Shown: piece by piece, positions 13,701 through 26,789 of the stretch
Numbering within the stretch: the stretch's first letter is position 1
Layout of the letters: every line of letters starts with the position of its first letter
Assembly (NCBI RefSeq): GCF_000743755.1
Contig: NW_014569525.1
Location: 1-64,000, forward strand
Direction of reading: 5' to 3'
Source: Blastocystis sp. subtype 4
Taxonomy: Eukaryota
DNA: 64,000 bases
Notes under the pieces: generated by a model
Seen by the model: the letters and a program-made list of their open reading frames with translations, nothing else
What the model was told of the DNA's origin: nothing
The model's database searches: none
Translations under genes and position numbers: made by a program

Positions 13701-14813
13701 CTTCAACCTCACTGTCCATCGTTTTCTATAATGATATCTCGTTGTTTCTTCCTACAATGAACAATTCAACGTAATCTTCAAATCCTTTCACATTTACTCT
13801 CTCTCCATTCCAGTATACACGTACGCCTTCATTAATAATACCAGCAACATCGATCACACGACGATGCATAATGCTGATCATGTCATCATCAAGAGATGAA
13901 TATCCAAATAACGATAAATCAGGCTTAAATTGGATTTCTGTATACTCTTTGCTTTTTGAGGCTTTGGTAACACGTGGTTTATCCTCGATTTCCATGTGAT
14001 TATGGAATGTCTATTCCATCATGTACACATCGTTTCAATTACTTGGACAAATCGCTTTCCATTCGATACTGTCTCAACACGGAATTCAGTACTGTAGATA
14101 TTAGTGAGTTTTGCTCCATACCCATTCCGTCCTCCAGTAACTCAAATTCAGGAATCAATAGCTTACTTACCTTTCTTGGTAGTATCATCGAAATTTGTTC
14201 CAGATAAGAGTTGACCAAAGATCAGTGATGGTACATACATGTCGAACTCAGGGTGCATCACAACAGGAATTCCATTTCCATCATTATACACAGTGATCAA
14301 CCCGGCTTCCTTATCGACTGTCACTTTGATTGTCGTCATTTCAGGGCTGCGCTGTTTGTTATCTACAGCATTTACAAGGATTTCATCAAAGATCTTCAGT
14401 AAACCAGGATTCTGCAAGTCATCATTCTTCTCCATTCTTACATATTTCACATCTCGATGAACCATAGATTGACTTGCATCATTGTAAACCCACATATGCT
14501 GAGTTGTTGTCGTAATCGACCCAACTAGAGATTACATGACCTTAACTCGATTTCTCACTATAACTATCCGGCCGTTTCAAAATATGTTCCCGTTGTGTCA
14601 GTTTCTGATAGTTCTCTCCAATTTGCTTTAGAATAACTTCATTCTCTGTGGAAAAGGAACGGAGATTGCTATAGAAAATGGAAGGAGAAGCGCAAGAAAC
14701 AACCTATTCAGTCCACTATCCACAACAATTCCTACTCGCAACCCAGCAAGACAGAAGGACCGTCGAAAAAGAGAACGATTGGCAACTCTGCGGCAAACCT
14801 TAGCTGCCAACAT
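10736..14813 (-). CDS. TOP2: DNA topoisomerase II (eukaryotic type IIA) with putative mitochondrion-related-organelle presequence
   Basis: YQKLTQREHILKRPDSY, GLLKIFDEILVNAVDN, TEGDSAK, DGSHIKGL, DGLKPSQRK, YHHGE and SPRYI (catalytic Tyr). N-terminus MLAAKVCRRVANRSLFRRSF. Last exon follows a 30-nt intron and ends TAG at 10738-10736. Confidence 0.93.
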
Positions 14814-14837
14814 TGTCTTTATAAGAAACAACTTAAG

Positions 14838-17800
14838 TTACAATACAACACAAAAGCAGCTCCTTCCTCGAATTCTTTGCAATGCTTCACCTATAATAAT
14901 CTTATCTTCACTTGCCAATGTTGTTGACTTCTTGAGTTCCGATAAACACTGAACAGCTATATTTACATCCATATTCTCTGGATCAATTTCAAAGTCCTCA
15001 AGTTCCACAATTTGCCTGGAAATCTGAATAATCTTGTTTTCAAAGTAGATGCTATTAGCAATCGTGGAATAACCGAAACTAATAGCCTTTAGTAAAGAAT
15101 GGGATGATTCAACCAAACTAAAGGCATCCATGAAACGAATCACAATAACATCAAATTTAAGTCCATTCTGTTCTAACTGTTGAACAAAGGTAAAAAGAGA
15201 GTCCATTCCATTATTCTCGATAAAATCAATGTAGAACGAATCTAGTTGTCAACATCTTCACTATTGACAAACTGTTAGTTATACTTCGAGATATCAGATC
15301 CATCATCATATTCATATATGCACTTATGGAAGGATTTGATAACAAAGGAAGAAGATGATTCAGAACTGCTGATGCTAATTGGTCCATATGATCCTTAACT
15401 AATTATCATTCATTCATCTTAAAACAACAAATCTCCATAAGTCGGACCAAGATTGATGACATGTGATCGATCTGTTCTTTTTCGTTTTCTAAGAGAGCTT
15501 TCTCCAAACACTTTGCTAACATCTCAACAAACCCAGTTTCGAAGAGATAACAAGCACGTTGTGATACTAGATGACATCAACACACCATTCTTACAATCTA
15601 TCTCTTCGTCTTCAGATGGTGTGTAAATCTTCTCTGTGATCGCTAGGAAGAAATCAAGCCATTTTCGGTAATCCTCAATACTCTCCTTGATTTCTGGAAT
15701 ACCATCATTCCGGACAAAAAAGAGAAGGAATTGAATGGCTGAAGGATCCAACTCATCGTCAAACCTCAGGTACTGATCATTCTTCATAACACTCGAGATC
15801 ATGGCATTATAGAATCGATTAACATATCGACAGAAATCAGCTCGATTTCCGTCAATGGTCTGATCAACTGTCATGTTAATCAGATGTTGAACAGCCTGAT
15901 CAATCTGTTGGATGGCTCCACATCGTAGCATGGTTCCAATGGCTATGTTCATGAGTCATTCCAAATCAGTACCATGCTCAGCTAACACTGAACAGAGTTC
16001 CAATACCCGTAAGCGTGGTTCTTTTGGTTTCTCATCAATCCCTAACACAGTATTGAAGACCCTCAGTACAGCTGTTGAGGAAGGAAGTGAAGCATAGGAA
16101 GTGGACTGTGGTACAAACGGTTTGCAAGTGGTAAGTGAGAGGAGAATCACATCAACATTCTCCAGCAGAAGAGTGTAAGTGGATGGATCTAAATGACACT
16201 GAAATGCAAAACACATACGCACAATACTCGACAACACGATTAGGAAGCATTCTCTCACATAATCATCTGTGAAACGCCTTCCTACACTGACAATGATGTC
16301 CAGTAATCCCTTAGTACTTATAACATTGATCACTTCTTCATCTAAGGATCAAATTTTGTATGCGTTCATACTGGCATCGATTACTATGATGCAAAGAATT
16401 GTGACAAAATAACTCACGATTTCAGTCTGATCAAAAAAGACATTAATACAGCGAATAATTGGTTCGACTAATTTCGAAGCATATTTCAGACGAGATGAAC
16501 CTATCAATCATATATTTTGAACAGAATTACGATCCTTAACAAAGGCGAGAACGGCGTTTCGGTCGACCAAAATCTTGACGAATTGTGGAGAATCATAATA
16601 ATGTGAGAAAAGATAGGAAATAGAAAGAAAATCACTCACTAAGTCAGAAATACCCTCGAACCCTACCTGTAGTCAGAACACCCATTGCGATCGGTTCGAA
16701 ATCACGCTTCAGCTCTGGATATTTGTTGAGAAAGAGTCGTTCCGATGAGAGGGAATTCTTGAATTCCAGAGTTTGGTCTGATTTTTGCATCAGTACCAAG
16801 ATGGCAATCATTTGTTTGAGTGTATTGGAAACCTCAGCAGCACAGTTTCCAACGATAAATAACATCGAATACAGTTGGTAAAAGAGAGTAGATCTCCATG
16901 GAAGAGAAATAACAGAATTTGGGTCTATTTCTGATAATCGAGCACTGTGTGTACCCTGATGGAAGATAGTGTAGAGAACATCAATTCCGTATGAAACACA
17001 TTGATATGCCCCACGAGAAACGATAAATGTGACACCACTGAAAATGAGTTGTAATCCATCTCGAACCTTGGGGAAATCACCCTGTTTCATGGTTACAACA
17101 GTCTCTAGATGTGATAAGATAGCATAAGAATGACTTTCGTGAAGAATAACGAGAAGGTGAAGTAATTCTTGAATCACCGAAACATCCTTACAAGCAGCAA
17201 TCCAATGATAGATAGGTGAATAAAGAGGATTAAAGATATCAATTGCAAGTTTTTCCTTTGCTAAGCAATCACAAATCCATTTCGTGGTGGAACACAATTC
17301 AGATCGATTCTGTGGTGAATAATCTGAATTGATAAGAGTATTGAAGCGACTAAATAATGTCTCTGGATCCCTGAACATGAACATGGAATTCCATTCTTAC
17401 ACAACTTTCGCTTCCTCTTCGGTTATCATGTATAGAAAAGTGGAAGATTCGATTCGATAATCTGAAAAGGATTTGGTATCTTCTAATTCAAATCCATTGT
17501 AGTAGATTATCGTTTTCAACGCATTTAAGCCAAATAATGACTATGATTAATAACATAGAATGTTTCTACGAGACATTTCTCCTTTAATTCGGCAATCGAG
17601 ACATCCGATGTTAATCGAAGCAATCTGCGCTCTTTCTTGTGTTGGATAAATACTTGGAGATTCGAGTAAGGATTTTCTTTCACGGCAGAGAGTTTGGTGT
17701 CTTTCGATTTCAAAACGGTTAACAGACGCGTAGTGGGAAGAAGGAATTCCCCGCGATTATGGATTGAAATGGTTTCTGTAGCTTTTAGATCGATTTCATG

Positions 17801-18723
17801 ATTCTAATGTTCATACATCGGCATAAAATTAACATGACGAAGAGAGTCAATAAGAAATTGTACAGTTGCATTCAATTGAGAACTAATATCCCAAAAGACA
17901 GTGGTTTGTTGATTTGATGGAAGCTCGATCGGAATCTAAATGTTATTGGAGCGTTTTAAAAAGACTTGGATTGAACACAGTAACGATGTCGACTCTTCTG
18001 ATTCAAAACTCTCCAGAGATGCATCATCGGGAAGCGTTTCCCCGTTGTTCATTAAACATAAATTTTGTGGTGCGACGAAAAGTGAAAGCTAGATGAAAGA
18101 AGTCCATCAAGAATACAGCGATTCTCTCTTTTAGATCCCTCACCGTTTTGGATTTGGAAATGCTGTATACTTTATCATTCCCCGTAGGGAGACACACAGG
18201 GAGAGAGAGATTCTTTTCTTCAATTAGGATTACAGCAGCGGGAGGGAGATTATAATCTTCCAGTGACATTGTTGACGAATTCAAAATCGTTCCATCATAA
18301 CGGAATTGGAAATCAACATTGCGAAGGTTTGCAAAACGCTATACTAAGAACCATACCCCATTTCCTACCATTACAACCAAATCCTTCACATCCTTCATGA
18401 TCGAATCAACGTTGGCAATAATTCTCACTCGTCGTTTGTTATATTCAAAAGTATACTGCTGCTTCATAACGTCTACATCATAATAAAACGACTCTCCATC
18501 AAAAAGAGAAATGGATTGAAGAGAAATAGCATCCTCCAAAACAGTATCGCCTTTAAACAACTGGACCCGCTTTCGATGACACTTGTTCATGTCCTAGAGT
18601 CAACAAAGTAGAATCATCCCATACAGCCACACTATTACGAAGATCAGCAACCGTTGCCTTTTCATCGATTTCAACGTTGATAATCTTCGACTCATCCTTT
18701 GTCAACATACCTTTCAGTAACAT
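14838..18723 (-). CDS. Hypothetical protein with several N-terminal ubiquitin-like domains and a helical ARM/HEAT-like C-terminal region (multi-exon)
   Basis: UBL-like segments (KATVADLRNSVA, QFRYDGTIL..SLEDYNL, KTVRDLKERIA, SIAELKEK) precede long Leu-rich helical exons. Could be two genes. Confidence 0.5.
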
Positions 18724-18765
18724 TGTATCTAAGAAAGAGGAATCTGATAAACAAACAAGAAGCAC

Positions 18766-19791
18766 TTAGAAAAGATCATCCACACCAGAATACCCTGAAC
18801 ATCCTAGTGGAGGAATACGCAGTTCTGACAGGTGTAATGAGTGCATGGATCGCTTGATGCCATAGATGAATATGGACTTGTTATGTGTATAAAGAGAAAG
18901 ATGAGAAGGCAGTCGGATCACCTGAAGGAGACCAGAAGTCTCACGGAACTCATCAGGAGGCGTGATTCCTCGCCACGGTTGTAATGCGATTACACAATCA
19001 CCATACTTCAGAAGTGTTTTACCATTAATTTCGGGGTGGATCGTAGCTACTGCAACTGTGTTTGAATTGTGAAGAAGGATTTTGATACGAGAAAACAGGG
19101 CAATCTGTAAGCGAGTCTATTCTTAACTAAAGGAGTCACATATACATCATCAGCAAGTATATCAGAAAGATTTAAAACGATTCTACCCACAGAACCTTGT
19201 TCTTTGCATAGAGAACAGAAAGAAGATATTAAGGTAAGAACTCGAGTAAGAAGTGCCTTCTCATCTGTCTCTGAAACAATAGAATAGGAAATAGAGGACA
19301 GTAGAGAAGAATCTGTTTCATATTCACTAAGATCCAGGGATTGACAGAAAGGGATGACTTCAGCTTGGTCTACTATTACAGATAACCAGTTTTCACCTAC
19401 TTTTACCATACTTGGAATAGTTCCAAGCTGTTAGTTTTGGTTGTGAATCTTTAGAAACAGTTGGTGCTTTCCGAAGGGTGGGCAGTTTAGAAAGCAAATT
19501 CATCACTTGTGATTTCGATTCCGATGATAAAATCAAAACCCGTTGCTTGGAATGAATGCCTTGCGAAATAAACAACTTTTGAATGGTGTTAGCTTGCCTG
19601 ATTCCAACTTCCTCTGAAAGAACCATCAACGATCCTAGAGATATTCCAGCTCCACAGGCATTATCCAAATCACTGCAACCCGTAGAAAGAAGTGATTGGC
19701 CATACAACCACGATTTGGTTCCAGGAAGAATCGTTTTCCTTGTGTCACCACGAAGCGATGAACCAGGAGTGAACTTTCTGAATGAACTCAT
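18766..19791 (-). CDS. ELP4: Elongator complex protein 4
   Basis: MSSFRKF...PGTKSW...LSTGCSDLDNACGAGISLGSLMVLSEE and LTAWNY motifs; ends ERLHIPP-like ...RIPPLGCSGYSGVDDLF*. Confidence 0.85.
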
Positions 19792-20021
19792 CAAGATTGA
19801 CGATTCTACAGAATCGTGGAAAAAACCGTGGGTATTTGTTAATAACAGTAGGTCATATGCAATTACTATCATATAAAGATGCGCTCGCTAGTTGATAAAA
19901 CGCTTTTTGTTATAGGTAGTAGAGTGTAGGAGCCGTTTTGATTACTAGTTGTCTTCACTGTGTTACTATGCTCTAAACACTATCTGAGTTATTACATTCA
20001 AGGGGATGTCTCTAGGCAACG

Positions 20022-21515
20022 ATGGAATCCCAACTTGTTGTCGTTGTTGCATTTTTCATCGTTAACACGTGAGAGTAGATTTTTGCTAGTGATATGTAGA
20101 TAGACAGTTCTCAGAAATGAGTTTTCCTATAGGAACCCTCCTTCCAGTCTCCCATTCCTTACGTGGCGAGTCTGTGAATCAAACCATACCAGGTCGTTTG
20201 CTGAAAGAAGTTGATAGAAAAGGTAACCATTTCCACGATGGTACAACTCTGAATTGGTGTTGATATGCAGAACTCGGTGTGAAATCAAATTTAGATATGA
20301 ATGAACGTTTATCAAAACGTCGACATCGTGTCCAGATACCTGTTGTGCACGAATCCAACAAGATATCTGAAAGCCAGACAGAGTTCAATGAAGAAGATGA
20401 ACTAATACCTGAAGAAATTGTAAAAGATATAAAGAATCAAATTTCTAAAGAAAGGGTTACAGAACAACCGCAAATGGAATCGGATTCAGCATCACGAGCC
20501 AAAATCGAGGATTATGTGGAGGAGCAAGATGGACGAACAGAAACATCTGTGGAATCCCCAAATGAATCGATGGAAGAAGATGAATACATTGAAGATGAAG
20601 ACTCATCAGTAACACAACTGGAATACTATCTAATATCTGTTGATTCTAGTCCAGAGAAGGACTCTCTCTTCTCGTTTGACCTGATGACAAATTTTGCTGG
20701 CATCAGTTATTGTCATATTATGGCTGAAGATGGTACTTGATTATTTGGAATTATCAAAATAGGGTCAATATTGATCAGCCAGCAGGTCAAGCACCATTCA
20801 CGGGGGAACATCGTAGAAGGGCAGAGCGTTTCAATAGAGATTCCTTCTCCTCACATTTCGAAGAAAACAGGACATACACGCATACCCTCCTATGTTCAAT
20901 GTGAAACACTAAATCCTCGAAATCATAATGGTGGGATTATTTGGATTCCATAATCGTAGAGAGAATGATTACTCCAAATATTCCTTTAAAACCTTATTCG
21001 AACCAAGATGATATGCACATGTCTGATGTTATATTGCGCATTTGTATTGTTTTAATTGTGTTAGTCTTACTTGGTATTATTGGCGGTATTGTTGTTATGC
21101 AATACCGAGAGTAAGAATGTGGATATCATGTGATGCATAGACATTCCTTATCTAAAGATTTGTATTGATCTATGATTACTAATTAATGAATAGTGATCAA
21201 GAGCGATGTACGTTACTTCCAACTCGATTTGATTCGCGTTCATTCCCACGGAGTCGAACGACCTCTTCCTTGTATCATGTATCACAGTCAACAGGAGCAT
21301 TGGATTCATTATCGAAGTATAGAGAGACCAAATTAGGCGATGAAGATATCGAGGTTCAATTTCGGAAAACGGGATATCGTCATGGAATCCGTAATTCAAT
21401 GCGAAAAACAGTATGCCCTACATGTGGATTTGGGGAGGTAAGATGAGCTATAGGTGGATCTTGTGACTATACAGCTGATGGTCATTGCAAAGAGTGTGGC
21501 ACTGTGCTGTTGTAA
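20022..21515 (+). CDS. Hypothetical single-pass membrane protein with acidic ectodomain and C-terminal zinc ribbon
   Basis: Hydrophobic N-terminus, acidic exon 20279-20740 and TM segment near 21060. Spliced C-terminus CPTCGSCDYTADGHCKECGTVLL* via a 30-nt intron. Confidence 0.5.
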
Positions 21516-21568
21516 CTGATTATCTAATGTTTGTTTCACAGCAACGAGAACAACTCATTATCTATAAG

Positions 21569-23149
21569 ATGAAGGTGGTTTTAATCGCGATTCTCGCTGC
21601 AATAGCTTTTTCTCTGAACGAAGCTGTTCCTGGAAAGAAAACCTTGGTGATCCTGGAGAAGATGGACTATAAGACCAGCCACTCCCTTTTCTTCGCTAAT
21701 CTCGTCCGTAATCGTTGCTATGAGAGAGGCTAATTAATAGGCAATGGTTGTGATCTCACCTATGTGAGTGTGACTGATTCTTTTGAGATCTCAAAGTATG
21801 GCGAGTATAACTATGACAATATCGTTGTTATGCTTTCGTCTTCGAAGAAATACGATTCATTGAAGAAGAAGGAGTTTAGAAGTTTCCTGGATTTCCAGGG
21901 AAGCATTTTCTTGGCTTTTGCTGACACTCCCTCGGATTTTGTACGAGATCTAGCAGGCTACAGTGGTGTTGAAATTGATGCAGACGGAAGCACAGTTGTA
22001 GACTATTTCACATCGAAAACAGATCCTACTCTCTTCGCTTCATCGAATTATCCCAAAGTCAGGGTTAGAGTGGTGGTTCATTCATAGAACGTTCATTTGG
22101 TGGGTGATTTGGCTTCTTACACTGGTTCAATTCTCTATCGTGGTATGGGTATGCGAGTAGATGAAAACAATGTCCTTGCCATTCGAGCTCTGGCAGGTGA
22201 TGTTGCGACCACAGCTCTCTCACCCTCAGGAGTAGCTCAGGTATCATCATCTCCTTTGTCTTATTCTTAGCGTCATGCATCGTCAGTGGTATTAGTGGCT
22301 GCTGTTCAGACACGAAGCAACAATCGGATTGTAATCTCAGGTTCACTAGCCATGTTCAGTAATGAATTCTATCTGCAAAGCCATGATAATCAAGTGTTTG
22401 GAAACAGTCTTTCACTCTGTAAGGAAGGAGTATGTGACTGATTATCAGGGAGTTTTAAGTTCTCGGGTTACCTTCGTGTGAGCAACATCCAACACTTCAA
22501 GTACAATCGTGCTGACGATACAATCGAGAAGGAACATGAGATCATCGTACAGGATGTGAAGAAGCCAAATCTTCCTACTTCACAGTAAGAGCTGAAAATA
22601 GGATGAACAATAGTTATGGTGAGCCAGAAGTGGCTGGAAGAAACATTGTGTATCGAATTAAGGATGAGTTGTACTATTCTGTAATGGTAGAGGAGTGGAA
22701 TGGAAATGAGTGGGTGAAGTATCATGTTGATATTTGAGGTATATATGACAAGTAGGCTGATGACCTTCAAATTGAGTTTGTGATGTTAGATCCATATGTT
22801 CGAAAGAACTTAACATTTGTAGCTGATCAGGAAGATGTTGACTACTTTACTGTATGAACGAGATATGAATTTGATGTAGATTATCAAAGTACCAGATGTT
22901 TATGGAATTTACAAATTCCGACTGTTTTATCAGCGACAAGGAGTCTCTTTGATCAATGAAAATACTCAAGTGTCAATTCGTCCTTTCAAGCATAATGAAT
23001 TCCCACGATTCATTCTAGCTGCATATCCATATTATGTTGCGTAGGTGTTATTCCAAGAAATGAATGATAGAGCGATGATAACGATGCTTGCTTTCGTTGC
23101 CTATGTTTTTGTGTTCCTCTTCAGTGGAGAAAAGCAGAAGCAGGATTAA
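21569..23149 (+). CDS. OST48: Oligosaccharyltransferase 48 kDa subunit (DDOST/WBP1)
   Basis: Signal peptide, SHSLFF, KYGEYNYDNIV, QTRSNNRIVISGSL, DDLQIEFVMLDPYVR, PDVYGIYKF, RPFKHNEFPRFILAAYPYY, TM helix and ER-retrieval tail KQKQD*. Confidence 0.93.
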
Positions 23150-23233
23150 GAATGTTCCTTTGTTTGTTATGATGAGCCAATTCCAAGATGATGGATTCCC
23201 GTGATTGTTGCATTTTAATGATTCTTAGAATCA

Positions 23234-25937
23234 ATGATGCAGTCAATTCTCTGTGTACTCTGTTTGTTGTTCTACAAGAAGATGATATATAGTTCTAACC
23301 CTCTTTGTTTGTATGACTGCAACTTCTCCTCCCTCGAATATTGTAGTCACAGATACAGATGGAAAGGAAATCATGAGTCTCTCGATTGTTCGATATACCT
23401 ATATCCAACGCATTACCTTATCTTGCTCCGAATCTGATGTGAAGTGGTCTATCGACCCCCCTCTTCCCTCTTCACTGACATTGAATAGGAATACAGGAGT
23501 GATTAATGGTCAAGTTGTGTCCTTATTGCCAGAAACCACGTTTAATATTACAGCTACAAACAGTAATGGCTCTGTATCAATTCTTTTTCCCATTACAGTC
23601 ACCTCCTGTCCTTATGGTGAGTTCTTGTATCCCAAAACGACTCTTGGAGATCAGGGCCTGTTCAAACTGATGAAAGGAAAAGAGGAAATGTATACTGCCT
23701 ATCTTTCGCCAACAGGTATTGTCAATGCCATTTGTATCCCTTATGACACTTATTCTTATGTATTTAATTGTATGGCAGCGACATATGATGCGTGTATTGT
23801 AACAGTAGTGAATGAATCAGGACTCATCATCAAATCCTTCCAAGTGACAAAGAAGGTAACACAAACAGGACAATTCGAGATGATTCCACAAACTGTACCA
23901 ACTCCATACACACCCGAAAATCCAGTCCTTGTAGTGTCAGGTACTACGGCCTCTATCTTTATAAGTGCTGACACAGTTCACGGGAATTTCACATTTACTC
24001 CTTCTCTTCCATCTACTGTCACATTCAACCACGACCGTTCGAGTCTTCAAGGCATATTTCCTGAAAGTGGGTCGTATCAGTACACTGTAGAATGTTCCAA
24101 CAGTCTCGGAAAAGGTTCATTTGTTCTTCGAGTCAACGCAGATCTCTGTGACAGTCCTCTTCTGTTGGCTCAGCTGAGTCGAGTTCAAGGTCAGACATCG
24201 GAATCTATGAATATCACCAATAGCAAGGGAGAAGTGGTATTTGAATATCAATTTAATGGTAATTCGATGAGAGTGAATCTCTGTCTGCCTCAGGATGAAT
24301 ACATGGTTCACACTTACACGACTAGTGAGACAGGATGGTATGAGAATGCAGGATTAGTGATTCATGATGCTTCGCATGAGATCATTGGAATGTATTGGAT
24401 GCATGATGGTGAATACGAGAGACATACGCGTCTAATTCTTCGGTATGCTGTAGAAGAAGGATCTTCCTTCAAGTATCATCATGGATTCATGTCAGAAAAG
24501 TGGACCGAAGCTAGTTATCGAGATTCTTCATGGAGTACTGGATCAGTGGGGAACTGGGGTTCATTTGATGCGGATGTGTATTTTAGGAAACTGGTTGAGT
24601 TGGGTAAGGATATTCGATTTGGCATTGTGTTGGTGAATATGTTTGTTGAGGGTACGGTGGAATTGTATGTGAACACTGTACTTGTCTGGAAGGCAACAGT
24701 ATTGAAAGCAGAGTGGAAACGACTCTCACTCCAAGCGTCTCTCTTTGAAGCAACTTCAATTGTTGCAGTGAAGTTAACCAAGAGTAATCCTTCTCAAACT
24801 ACCGTCATATTCGATTTGCAAGTTCAACCTCTCTTTGCAAATTCATTGATGCGTTCTGAGCAAGGAACAGCAAGCGATGATCGGGTGCCTCCAGATCCAA
24901 CTCATCCTGCTTCGAAAGCATTTGATGGTGATCCAATTACTTATTGGGAGTCTTCTATTCTGCCTTCTTCTCTTACTTTTTCCTTTGCTAAGAGTCGTGA
25001 GGTGGCAGTAAATGAGATTCGATTCTACTGTATGACAAACACCAAAGAAATCCCTACATCTCTTCGAATTGAAGGAGTAAGGGATAACACCACTTCAACC
25101 GTATTAGCGACTCTGTCAACACTCACATTCTTCAAGGGAAGTGGATTCCACTCTTTCTATTTCCCTAATCTTTCACCATATCCAGCCTATCGTATTGTGT
25201 TTGAAACGAGTGAGAGTACTCACATCCGAATGTACGAAATACGGTTCTATATTCGGAACTCCCTCACATGTAAAAAACAGTTCCGTCTAAGTGCTCTCCA
25301 CACAAGTGAAGTTGCATATCAGAGCTGTCCTCTGGGTCAGGTGGGTGTGAAACAGATGCGTTGTATTGACCAGGAGAATCGTGCTGTTTGGATAGATGAC
25401 CGATCCTCTTGCTTACAAAAGTATCCTTCTTCTGGAGTTGCTTATGTGGATACTGCCTTCACTCTTACAAACATCACATTATCGGAATGGGAGTATCCAA
25501 TTAAGCGTGACTTTGCTACAATTATCACAACAGAATTGACAGTGAAGAACAATGAAACTGCCTATACGTTTGTACGGGATCTAACAGATGATGCCGTTTG
25601 TTCGATGGAATTTCGTGTTCGATTTACTCTAGAAGAAGATATTGGTGATTATGTGCAACGACATATGAAGTACTTGATAAACGATCTTGACAGGATGTTG
25701 AAAGAAAAGTACAAGAGTACACATCCTTATATTAGTATCACTGCCAATAATGGTCCAGATCTATATGAACCTATTCCTTGGGGATCGTATATTCGTAATA
25801 CGATTATCGGAGGTATTTTGCTGGTAATCATTGTCGTGTTGTATTTGCGTGCAAGGCCTAAAGGAAAGGGAAAGCAATTGTATCGAAAACATAACGATAC
25901 AAACTCGGAAATAAGTAATCTATTAGTATCCGACTAA
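23234..25937 (+). CDS. Type I membrane protein with putative-Ig and F5/8/galactose-binding-like modules; relative of 3572-8612
   Basis: Signal peptide MMQSILCVLFLTLFVC after a 31-nt intron (23262-23292). PPLPSSLTLNRNTGVING, YFRKLV..ELYVN, KAFDGDPITYWES and C-terminal TM helix. Confidence 0.75.
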
Positions 25938-26111
25938 TATTGGGTGTTTGTTGTAAATCTCAAAGACCACTTGACGTATTGGCAATGACCATTTGAAGTT
26001 AACCAGAACCGCGGGAATTCAATACAGACGATAATACGCATCTTCTACACGCTTTATCGGCATTTCCTTGTGTATATATATTATTGAATGATAAATATAG
26101 AGTGTCTGTAA

Positions 26112-26737
26112 ATGAGTATCTCAACAAACCAGATTGGGGAGCTTATCAAGGTGGAAACGACTTTTGACGAGCAAATCGTTGGAGAGATCTACTGCTATGA
26201 TAGGGGCACTTCTCTGCTTGTCTTGAATATCCTTCGAGTAGTATTAACGAATTACCGTTATCCTTTACGAATACGAAAGAAGATAGAGAATTCGGAGGAT
26301 TATGACATTGTTATGCTGAAGCAAGAATACATTAAGAGTGTGGAAGTTCTCAAAAAGGGCAAAATGGAGGACATCGTTCTTCCTTCAGTTTCCTTGCAAG
26401 CTATTGCAAGAAAGGAGGTAGATTGTGAGATTGGATGGTGATTGGGATAGAAAGAAATCGAAAAGGAAATGCAGTCTCGTCAACTTCCAAAACTATCTCC
26501 TTATGGAAACTACGTGTTTGCCCACTTGAGTAAATTGTAGTGAATGTATTTTGGTGATGATGTGTAGTACTGTTTGTCAATGGGATAACGGTGTTATTGT
26601 CGTTGATGATAACGTCCGTATCGCTGCTCCATATGGAATAGAGGACGTCACAGGAGATGAAAAGAGTGTTAAGACTGTTAAAGAATGGGTATGCGTTGAG
26701 AGTGTGTTTATAACGATAGCTGGAAAAGATGAAATAG
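26112..26737 (+). CDS. LSM12: LSM12 homologue (Lsm plus anticodon-binding-like domain)
   Basis: IGELIKVETTFDEQIVGEIYCYD..LLVL; C-terminal VFAHLSKL..TVCQWDNGVIVVDDNVRIAAPY; ends LEKMK*. Confidence 0.8.
26227..26274 (+). other. U12-type (minor) AT-AC intron, 48 nt
   Basis: 5' ATATCCTT, branch-like TCCTTTAC, 3' ...ATAC. Removal gives LLVLRKKIEN. Confidence 0.85.
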
Positions 26738-26789
26738 AGTTTGTAGTTCTATGATGTTTCTTGGCATCAAACATGGTTACTCTAAAACA

